Of a stretch of DNA of 34,320 bases, positions 27,551 to 34,320 are shown piece by piece; the stretch's first letter is position 1; each line of letters begins with the position of its first letter. Source of the DNA: Betaproteobacteria bacterium (GTDB lineage Bacteria > Pseudomonadota > Gammaproteobacteria > Burkholderiales > Rhodocyclaceae); the NCBI GenBank assembly GCA_009780885.1, contig WQZF01000022.1:1-34320 (forward strand), given 5' to 3'. The notes under the pieces are model-generated. The model did not search any database and was not told the DNA's origin. It saw only the letters and a program-made list of their open reading frames with translations. The position numbers and the translations under genes were made by a program.

Positions 27551-27679
27551 AACAGGCTGACCACCGCCTCAAGAATTGTTTTTGCGGATCCCCCCGCCTA
27601 TTTTCTGTTTCTCTCCTGCGCTTCCCGGGGCTGCGCCTTTCCAGGCGCAGCCCTGTGGGTTGCGACAGCCCGGATGTAG

Positions 27680-28039
27680 TCAAAAATCCTGCGCTGCTTC
27701 CCAGACGATATAGCTTTCCTCCTCCCGCAAGCTGCGCTCCAGCAACTGGATAAAAGGAGGAGCGCGTCGCGCCAGGCTCATCGTGTCGCTACCCGGCGAC
27801 GCATTTGCCTCTTCTTCCCTTTTCCGCTCCTCGTCGTCGGCGCCAGGGCCGCGCCGTGTCGCGGCAGCCTTTTCTTCTGCGACCGCCGCACGCAGCTTTT
27901 CCAGAACAGACGGGATTTCCGCTGCGGTGATGACGCCGCGCGCGGTACATTCCTTGCCGGCGATATGAAGCAGGCGATGCGCGGTTTCGGCAAACAGAAT
28001 CAACTGCCCCGCAGCGCTGGAAGTCATTTTCACGATCAT
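27680..28039 (-). CDS. Hypothetical protein (~115-119 aa, acidic and Lys/Glu-rich centre)
   Basis: ORF in the track. Coding assignment rests on length and codon bias only. Confidence 0.4.
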   Translation of the reverse strand: MIVKMTSSAAGQLILFAETAHRLLHIAGKECTARGVITAAEIPSVLEKLRAAVAEEKAAATRRGPGADDEERKREEEANASPGSDTMSLARRAPPFIQLLERSLREEESYIVWEAAQDF

Positions 28040-28145
28040 GGGCTACTCTCCTTTTGCCGGACGGCGCAGCCCGCCCGGAATGTCCGAGTTTTTTTGCAAC
28101 CCCCTATAGTACAATCGGAACCCACTGAATGCAGGGGGGAAGCCA

Positions 28146-28771
28146 TGAACCGTACCAGCGACACAACCCGCGATCTCGAACAGATGGCGCTCGACGAAAT
28201 CGCCAAGCGGCGTCGTAGCGGCGCGGATGTGACGGCACTGGTTTTCGGCAGCAACGCGCACGAACAGGCGCACCACATGGCTGCCGCAGGTGCGCGCGTC
28301 GTGCTTGGCGATGACGCCGAAGATCCACTGCCGGTCGGCGTCGGTTATCGTGTGCCGCTGCGCGACATCTGGAGCGCCCTCGAAGACCCGGCAGCAATCA
28401 ACAAGGAATTGCCGGCGCAACCCTACGATCTCATTATCTGCCAGCATGTGCTGCATCCCCTGCGCTACGAGGAGGCGCGGCTTGCGGTGCGCTCGCTCTT
28501 GCAGCGCCAGAAAATCGGCGGCAAGCTCTTCGTTTCGGTCTATGGCATTCATTCCGAACTCGGAGACGTCTACCCGGATAGCGAAAAACTCATTGCCGAC
28601 CGTTATGCCCCGCTGCCGAAGGCCGTCGCCAAACGCTACGGGATCGACGGCCCGATCTGCCTCTATTCGGCGCGCAACCTTTTCTCCCTGCTGTTTGAAG
28701 TCGGCGCCGCAGTGCTTTACACCTCCACCAGCACGCTCGGAACCCTCCGCGCCGTCGCCGTTCGGGTCTGA
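28146..28771 (+). CDS. Hypothetical protein (possible Rossmann/methyltransferase-like fold)
   Basis: Start taken at MNRTSDT (internal Met of the 27965 ORF, preceded by gggggaagcc). Weak Gly-rich motif LVFGSNA. The assignment is tentative. Confidence 0.4.
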
Positions 28772-28814
28772 ATCCGCCCCGACCGGCCCCCCGCCCCACG
28801 GGGCAAGGCAGAAT

Positions 28815-28890
28815 ATTCTAATTTAGAGTTAAATTGTATTTTGCTACAGCAGTGATTTTCATCAAGCAATTAATTTATTAAAACTAGAAT
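28815..28890. repeat. Family C AT-rich palindromic element, copy 5
   Basis: ttctaatttagagttaaattg…ctacagcag…aattaatttattaaaactagaa. Confidence 0.65.
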
Positions 28891-28910
28891 ACTGCGCGAG
28901 AACCCAAGAG

Positions 28911-29186
28911 GTGTTCCCGACCATCCAGCCGATCATGCCCAAATTTTTACTCCTGTTTTTCGTGCTTGCCGTAGCGGTTTTTTGGCTGTCGCGTTCGGCG
29001 CGATCATCCCGCCGCTCGCTCCACCGCCGTCCTCCTGCCGCACCCTTGCCGGAAAACACGGCAGTCTGCGCCCACTGTGGCGTTTATCAACCCGTTTCCG
29101 AATGCCTTGAAAGTTCCGGGCGTTATTTTTGCTGTGAAGACCACCGCCGCGCATTTGCATTGGGCCGCCGTGGAGAACCGTCATGA
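28911..29186 (+). CDS. Small membrane-anchored protein with a C-terminal Cys-rich (zinc-ribbon-like) motif, upstream of the sensor kinase
   Basis: N-terminal transmembrane helix (KFLLLFFVLAVAVFWL), then CAHCGV…CCEDH. Its stop overlaps the kinase start (ATGA). Confidence 0.5.
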   Translation: MFPTIQPIMPKFLLLFFVLAVAVFWLSRSARSSRRSLHRRPPAAPLPENTAVCAHCGVYQPVSECLESSGRYFCCEDHRRAFALGRRGEPS

Positions 29187-30862
29187 ATGGAAGCGCCGCC
29201 GGCGTTCAGGACTTCGGAATTTCGGAAACGCACTGGAAAGCGCTGCGCTATTTCACGATTTACCGGATCCTCATCGCCATCCTGATCGGCATTGCGGTCA
29301 TGGCATCGCCAAAGGAATTCCCCGTGTCGTACCGGGTTGGCGATCGAACGTTCCTGCCGCTGGCTGCCGCCTATTTCGTCGAAACGATCCTCGCCGCAGT
29401 GTTTTCCTCTCATCTGCGACGCCACTTCAACTGGCAGTTGAGCATTCAGGTGATCGTCGACGTACTGGTCTTCGCGTTCTTTATCTACATCAGCGGCGCC
29501 GCCGGCAGCGGTTTCGGCACGATGCTCCTGATTTCGATCGCCGGCGCGGGCCTGATCGGGCAGGGGCGGCTGGTGCTGCTGTATCCGGCGCTGGCCACGC
29601 TGGCGCTGCTCATCTGCGAGGTACTGCAACTGGTTTCCGGGGAACCCGCTTTCCCTTTCCAGATCGGGCTGCTGTGTTGCGGTTTTTTCATTTCCTCGGT
29701 CCTGGCACAACTGCTCGCGCGCTGGGCCATCGCCAATGAAAAACTGGCACGCCGTCGCGGCATCCGTTTGTACAATCAAGCCCAGGTCAGTCAGCGCGTA
29801 ATCGAGGAAATGCAGGACGGCGTGCTGTTTGTCGATCGAAACGGCTTTGTCCACCAGTACAATCCCCGCGCCCGGACCGTGCTCGGTTTCGACTTGCCCG
29901 CCGGAGGCGACGCAGGAAACGACAGGAAGGATGAGGCGGTTGCAGCCGACCCCGGGGAAGACCTGAAGCTGGCGGCCTGTTCGCCCGAACTGGCAGAGGC
30001 ATTCGCCGCGCACAGCCACAGCCCCGGATCCTGGAGCATGTCGTTTCAATCTTCCGTGACGGGAATGCGTTTGCGCGCCCGCTTCGTGCCGACGGAAAGC
30101 AGCGAGCGCGATATGGTGGTTTTCCTGGAAAGCCTCGAAGAAATCGAAGCGCACGCGCAACAAATGAAGCTGGCGGCGATGGGACGGCTGACGGCAAGCA
30201 TCGCGCATGAAATCCGCAATCCGCTCTCTTCGATCAGCTACGCGGCGGAATTGCTTGTCGACGAGCGGCGCGAGGAAACACGGATACGGCTTTTGCAGAT
30301 CGTTTCCGACAATACCCATCGCCTCGACCGGATCGTACGCGACATCCTCGAACTTGGCCGCCGGGACCGCGTCCAACCCGAGGCGCTTGCGCTGGAAAAG
30401 ACCCTGCCCTTGCTCATCGACGAGTTCACAAGCCGCGAAGGAATTCCATCGGGCGTGATTCGATACGAGGCTGCCGACGGATTGATCCTGTTCTTCGATC
30501 GCGCGCACTTTTATCAAGTACTGTGGAATCTCGTTTCCAACGGAGTGCGCTATTGCCGGAACGAGGCGGGAAGCGTGCGCATCGTCGCCAGGGCGGGAAA
30601 CCGGCGCGGAGAAATTCTTCTCTCCATCGCCGACGACGGCGAGGGGATTCCCGACGATCTCCGTCAACATGTCTTTGAACCCTTTTTTACCACCAATCCG
30701 CGCGGCACCGGGCTGGGACTGTTCATCGCGCGCGAATTGTGCGATGCCAACGGCGCTCACCTCGAATTGCTCGAAAACGACCCCGGCGCCCGGTTTTTGA
30801 TTACAGGAAGGAGCGATGCGTGGCACACGCCAAGGCAAAATCCGCAAACCCCGACAGACTGA
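29183..30862 (+). CDS. pilS: PilS-like sensor histidine kinase (multi-TM N-domain, PAS, HisKA, HATPase)
   Basis: Six predicted transmembrane helices at the N-terminus, an H-box (ASIAHEIRNPLSSI) and N/G boxes (NLVSNGVRY, GTGLGL). Followed by an NtrC-family regulator. Confidence 0.75.
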   Translation: MNGSAAGVQDFGISETHWKALRYFTIYRILIAILIGIAVMASPKEFPVSYRVGDRTFLPLAAAYFVETILAAVFSSHLRRHFNWQLSIQVIVDVLVFAFFIYISGAAGSGFGTMLLISIAGAGLIGQGRLVLLYPALATLALLICEVLQLVSGEPAFPFQIGLLCCGFFISSVLAQLLARWAIANEKLARRRGIRLYNQAQVSQRVIEEMQDGVLFVDRNGFVHQYNPRARTVLGFDLPAGGDAGNDRKDEAVAADPGEDLKLAACSPELAEAFAAHSHSPGSWSMSFQSSVTGMRLRARFVPTESSERDMVVFLESLEEIEAHAQQMKLAAMGRLTASIAHEIRNPLSSISYAAELLVDERREETRIRLLQIVSDNTHRLDRIVRDILELGRRDRVQPEALALEKTLPLLIDEFTSREGIPSGVIRYEAADGLILFFDRAHFYQVLWNLVSNGVRYCRNEAGSVRIVARAGNRRGEILLSIADDGEGIPDDLRQHVFEPFFTTNPRGTGLGLFIARELCDANGAHLELLENDPGARFLITGRSDAWHTPRQNPQTPTD

Positions 30863-32193
30863 TACGGGTACTGGTCGTCGATGACGAATCCGATATCCGG
30901 GAGTTGCTCGACCTGACACTCAACCGCATGGGACTGGTCGCCGACTGCGCCGAAACGGTTGCGCAGGCCCGCGAATTCCTGTCGCAGCACAACTATCTGC
31001 TTTGCCTGACCGACATGCGCCTGCCCGACGGCGACGGACTGGAAATCGTCCGCTTCATCGCCGAGCAGCGGCCGCAGCTTCCGGTGGCGGTCATTACCGC
31101 CTTCGGCAGCACCGAAAACGCGGTAGCGGCGCTGAAAGCGGGGGCCTTTGACTATCTCGCCAAACCCCTGGCGCTCGACCAGTTGCGCACGCTGATCAAG
31201 TCGGTGTTGAGCGTGCCGCTGGAAAAGGAGGAAGTCGGAAAACAGGGCGCAGAACTGCTTGGCGTCTCCCAGAGCATCGTGCAGGTGCGCGAAACGATCG
31301 ACAAGCTTGCGCGCAGCCAGGCGCCGGTCTATATCTCCGGCGAATCGGGCAGCGGCAAGGAATTGGCGGCACGGCTCATTCATCTGAAAAGCCTGCGGCA
31401 CGCGGCGGCCTTCGTCCCGGTCAACTGCGGCGCGATTCCGGAAAACCTGATGGAAAGCGAATTTTTCGGCTACCGCAAGGGATCCTTCACTGGCGCGGAT
31501 CGCGACCATGACGGATTTTTCCAGGTCGCGCACGGAGGCACCCTTTTCCTCGACGAAGTCGCCGATTTGCCGCTGGCGATGCAGGTAAAGCTGTTGCGCG
31601 TGATCCAGGAAAAACGGGTGCGCAAGGTCGGCAACGCGACGGAAGATCCCATCGACGTCCGCATCATCTGCGCCACCCACCGCAACCTGAAGGAATGCGT
31701 CGAAAAGGGAGCCTTCCGCCAGGATTTGTATTACCGCATCAACGTCATCGAACTGAGGATGCCGCCGCTGCGCGAACGCCCCGAGGATGTCCCGCTGCTG
31801 GCTGCTGTGGCGCTGGAACGGCTGGGCGGCCCCGACGCGCCGAAACTTTCCGCAGAGGCTGAAACTGCCTTGTGTTCCTATCCCTTCCCGGGCAACGTCC
31901 GCGAACTGGAAAATATCCTCGAACGCGCAATCGCCCTGTCGGGCGGCGGGAAAATCGGCGCCGGGGATTTGCAGATCGGATCACCCTATGAAACCGAAGC
32001 CGGAAACGATTTCGCCGGACGTGGCGAAGAAACGCTCGACGAACTTCTGAACCGCATCGAACGCCAGGCGATTGCCGATGCGCTGGCCAGGACCAAAGGC
32101 AACCGCACCACCGCAGCGCGGCTTTTGGGCGTCAGCTTCCGCTCGCTGCGCTATCGCATCGAGCGTTTGGGAATGGGAACGGATGAAGAATGA
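30820..32193 (+). CDS. pilR: PilR-like sigma-54-dependent response regulator (REC, AAA+ sigma54 activator, Fis-type HTH)
   Basis: Start taken at GTG 30820, preceded by the strong RBS aggaaggag. The ORF track begins further upstream inside pilS. Motifs GESGSGKE and GAFTGA are present, with a C-terminal HTH. Confidence 0.85.
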   Translation: MAHAKAKSANPDRLIRVLVVDDESDIRELLDLTLNRMGLVADCAETVAQAREFLSQHNYLLCLTDMRLPDGDGLEIVRFIAEQRPQLPVAVITAFGSTENAVAALKAGAFDYLAKPLALDQLRTLIKSVLSVPLEKEEVGKQGAELLGVSQSIVQVRETIDKLARSQAPVYISGESGSGKELAARLIHLKSLRHAAAFVPVNCGAIPENLMESEFFGYRKGSFTGADRDHDGFFQVAHGGTLFLDEVADLPLAMQVKLLRVIQEKRVRKVGNATEDPIDVRIICATHRNLKECVEKGAFRQDLYYRINVIELRMPPLRERPEDVPLLAAVALERLGGPDAPKLSAEAETALCSYPFPGNVRELENILERAIALSGGGKIGAGDLQIGSPYETEAGNDFAGRGEETLDELLNRIERQAIADALARTKGNRTTAARLLGVSFRSLRYRIERLGMGTDEE

Positions 32194-32824
32194 AGCCGCA
32201 CCTCCGGAAGGAATGGAAGCCTCGATCCCATCGGTCTCCTCGCTGCTGACAATCGACGGGCAGGGCTGGTGCCAGGTGCTCGATGCCGGCTCTTCCGCAG
32301 CATTGCCCCGGCGCATCGTTTCCCCGAATTACGATTCGCGCCCGCCGGGATTCGCGGTATCCCTGCTCGTCATCCATTGCATCAGCCTGCCGCCCGGAGA
32401 ATTCGCGGGCGATGCCGTCATCCGCCTGTTCAGCAACACCCTCGATCCGGAAGCGCATCCTTCCTTTGCGCCGGTTCATCATTTGAAGGTTTCGGCGCAT
32501 TTCTTCCTGCGCCGCGACGGAGCGCTGATCCAGTTCGTCTCCTGCAACGACCGCGCCTGGCACGCTGGCGAATCGAACTGGCAAGGCCGCGCGCGCTGCA
32601 ACGATTTTTCGATCGGGATCGAACTCGAAGGATGCGAGGACACCCCGTTTACTCCGGCTCAATACGAGCGCCTCACGGCGCTGGTCGGCGCATTGCGCAC
32701 GCGCTACCCGCTGACGGCAGCAGCAGGGCACAGCGACATCGCTCCCGGAAGAAAAACCGATCCCGGACCATATTTCGACTGGTCGCGCATCGCCGCCGCA
32801 GGATTGCCGCATCTGCCGGCCTGA
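32183..32824 (+). CDS. ampD: 1,6-anhydro-N-acetylmuramyl-L-alanine amidase AmpD (amidase_2/PGRP family)
   Basis: …SPNYDSRP…ISLLVIHCISLPPGEF…HFFLRRDGALIQFV…AWHAGES…HSDIAPGRKTDPGP, typical AmpD zinc-amidase motifs. Start at ATG 32183, overlapping the pilR stop. Confidence 0.85.
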   Translation: MKNEAAPPEGMEASIPSVSSLLTIDGQGWCQVLDAGSSAALPRRIVSPNYDSRPPGFAVSLLVIHCISLPPGEFAGDAVIRLFSNTLDPEAHPSFAPVHHLKVSAHFFLRRDGALIQFVSCNDRAWHAGESNWQGRARCNDFSIGIELEGCEDTPFTPAQYERLTALVGALRTRYPLTAAAGHSDIAPGRKTDPGPYFDWSRIAAAGLPHLPA

Positions 32825-33319
32825 TCTGCCGCCGCTTCCGAAGACGGCGAAAATATTTTTCCCGAATCGGAAGAAAAGCTTGTCTTTCCATCGCCGCCGG
32901 AATTTTTCCGAGCACAAAAAAATGAAGGACAGACGGTCTTTACCCCGCTATTGACAGATTCAAATCATGCGTTGTTGCATACATGCAACGAGTCACTGCC
33001 AATGGGTTGACTTTCTCATATCCATCTGCTTGCGCCCCTCGAACAGGACTACTAGAATTAGTGCCAAATCGCAAGAAAGACACAATATCTAGTGTGTGCT
33101 TCGCAAGTGCCGCCGATATTGGGTTCCAAGGCGGTTGAAGCGGAGGCGCGGAATGAGTGCAAGTGTCTTTCGCGGTGTTGCCGAGACTTTGACGGCATGA
33201 TGCGGCAGCATGATTCGATGGGTCGGCCTCCGCCGTTCCAATCGGATGGTCCGGGCGATTTGAACGGATGGTGTTTACGGTGTTCACCGGGTTTTTTTAA
33301 CTGAAACTAGGAGGTCAAC

Positions 33320-34057
33320 GTGGCAACAGCGAAACCGAAAGATAGCGAGAAGGACAAGAAATCCGTCGCTAAACCCGCAGTAAAGAAAGCGGCTGCCAAA
33401 CCCGCAGCAAAGGCGGCTGCACCCAAGGCTGCAGCAAAACCGGCGGCGAAGAAACCCGCTGCCAAGCCCGCAGTAAAGAAAGCCGCAGCACCCAAGGCAG
33501 CAGCGAAGCCGGCAGCAAAACCTGCGGCAAAGAAACCCGCTGCGACCAAGGCAGCAGCAGCCAAGCCGGCGGCGAAAACTGCGGCAAAGAAACCCGCTGC
33601 AACCAAGGCGGCAGCAAAACCGGCAGCGAAAAAACCCGCCGCGAAACCCGCAGTGAAGAAAGCGGCAGCACCCAAGGCAGCAGCAAAGCCTGCGGCAAAA
33701 AAACCCGCTGCAACCAAGGCCGCCGCAGCAAAACCGGCAGCGAAAAAACCCGCCGCGAAACCCGCAGTGAAGAAAGCGGCAGCGCCCAAGGCAGCAGCGA
33801 AGCCGGCAGCGAAGGCTGCGGCAAAGAAACCGGCTGCAACCAAGGCCGCTGCGGCAAAACCGGCAGCGAAAAAACCCGCCGCGAAGAAGGCCGCGCCCAA
33901 GCCAGCCGCCAAGGCTTCTGCCCCGGCGCCGGCAGGCTTTTCCGCCTCTTCCGGAATCCTGCCAGGATCGCCGTCCCTGGCGGCAACCCCGGGCGCGAAA
34001 ACAGCGCTCAATCCATCTGCCGCCTGGCCGTTCGCGACAGGTTCCCGTCCAAAATAA
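33320..34057 (+). CDS. Histone H1-like / AlgP-like nucleoid-associated protein (Lys/Ala/Pro-rich KPAAK repeats)
   Basis: GTG start with RBS aggagg. About 200 residues of [18 protein letters not shown] repeats encoded by tandem DNA repeats at 33370-33900. Confidence 0.8.
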   Translation: MATAKPKDSEKDKKSVAKPAVKKAAAKPAAKAAAPKAAAKPAAKKPAAKPAVKKAAAPKAAAKPAAKPAAKKPAATKAAAAKPAAKTAAKKPAATKAAAKPAAKKPAAKPAVKKAAAPKAAAKPAAKKPAATKAAAAKPAAKKPAAKPAVKKAAAPKAAAKPAAKAAAKKPAATKAAAAKPAAKKPAAKKAAPKPAAKASAPAPAGFSASSGILPGSPSLAATPGAKTALNPSAAWPFATGSRPK

Positions 34058-34108
34058 CAGGGGCGGTCAAGAACTTGTAATCCAGTCTGTTGTAGGTAAA
34101 AGCCATTG

Positions 34109-34137
34109 GGACAGGATCGCTCCTGTCCCTTTTTTTT
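34109..34137 (+). terminator. Rho-independent terminator of the histone-like gene
   Basis: gggacagg-atcgct-cctgtccc followed by TTTTTTTT. Confidence 0.65.
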
Positions 34138-34205
34138 GAGTCACCCCAAGCTGAAGCTTGGGGATTCCTCGACACAGAGTGGGGCGCCTTCGGCGCCTGT
34201 TATTG
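34133..34205 (+). repeat. Family B repeat, truncated copy 4 (first ~70 bp only)
   Basis: ttttgagtcaccccaagctgaagcttgggg…ggcgccttcggcgcctgtta, then the sequence diverges from the other copies. Confidence 0.7.
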
Positions 34206-34230
34206 ATCCGGCCAGCAGAAGTATGAAGTC

Positions 34231-34320
34231 TTAAGCGGCATATTTGACGTGCGGGTCTTGGAAGAAGCTCTTGACCCGTTCGGGAGATTGTTCGAGTTTT
34301 ACCATGTGCTCGGTGGCGGC
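34231..34320 (-). CDS. 3' end of an unidentified gene on the minus strand (…EHMVKLEQSPERVKSFFQDPHVKYAA*)
   Basis: Open frame running in from the window edge to a stop (tta on the + strand) at 34231-34233. Confidence 0.35.
   Translation of the reverse strand, partial: AATEHMVKLEQSPERVKSFFQDPHVKYAA

Noticed and set aside
33307-34011. 234-aa and 205-aa minus-strand ORFs inside the histone-like gene
   Set aside because: Reverse-frame translations of the KPAAK tandem repeat. The + strand has the RBS, the GTG start and the characteristic H1-like composition.
1-34320. CRISPR arrays, IS elements or integrase genes
   Set aside because: No short direct repeats with unique spacers were seen, and no transposase or integrase-like ORF in any frame. 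The only mobile-looking DNA is the three miniature repeat families and the low-GC LRR gene.

Overview
High-GC proteobacterial chromosomal window (gene content looks betaproteobacterial). It contains mostly housekeeping genes interrupted by small accessory insertions and three families of intergenic repeats. Core genes: ubiB, a hicAB toxin-antitoxin pair, comF-family, bioB, mltB, rtcR, rtcB, an SDR oxidoreductase, rnr (RNase R), tRNA-Leu(CAG), ygiQ radical-SAM, a REC-GGDEF response regulator, apaH, uvrD, a pilS/pilR-like two-component pair, ampD and a lysine/alanine-rich histone-H1-like gene. The most unusual locus is the rtcR-rtcB region (7.7-11.3 kb). Divergent from the sigma54/CARF regulator RtcR there is a good sigma54 promoter. 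About 190 bp downstream lies a near-complete tRNA-like cloverleaf with a CAU anticodon and an unpaired 1:72 position, preceded by an acceptor/T-arm minihelix and several more GGTTC(G/C)A T-loop motifs. These are followed by an SPFH/band-7 (slipin) gene, a small secreted protein gene and an RtcB RNA ligase gene, with no rtcA or rsr. This resembles the Salmonella rsr-yrlBA-rtcBA arrangement, in which Y-RNA-like RNAs with tRNA-like domains sit in an RtcR-controlled operon, but with different protein partners. It may be a previously undescribed variant RNA-repair module. A second accessory spot follows tRNA-Leu: vapBC, an orphan brnA and a low-GC 1.5 kb gene for a 500-aa leucine-rich-repeat-like protein. 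Three dispersed repeat families are present. Family A is an 80-bp REP-like palindrome (3 copies). Family B is a ~125-bp multi-hairpin element (4 copies), one of which supplies the last ~38 codons and the stop codon of rtcR. Family C is an AT-rich ~80-bp palindrome found in intergenic gaps (5 copies). All coordinates come from reading the sequence and the supplied ORF track and may be off by a few bases. No CRISPR array, IS element or rRNA was seen.
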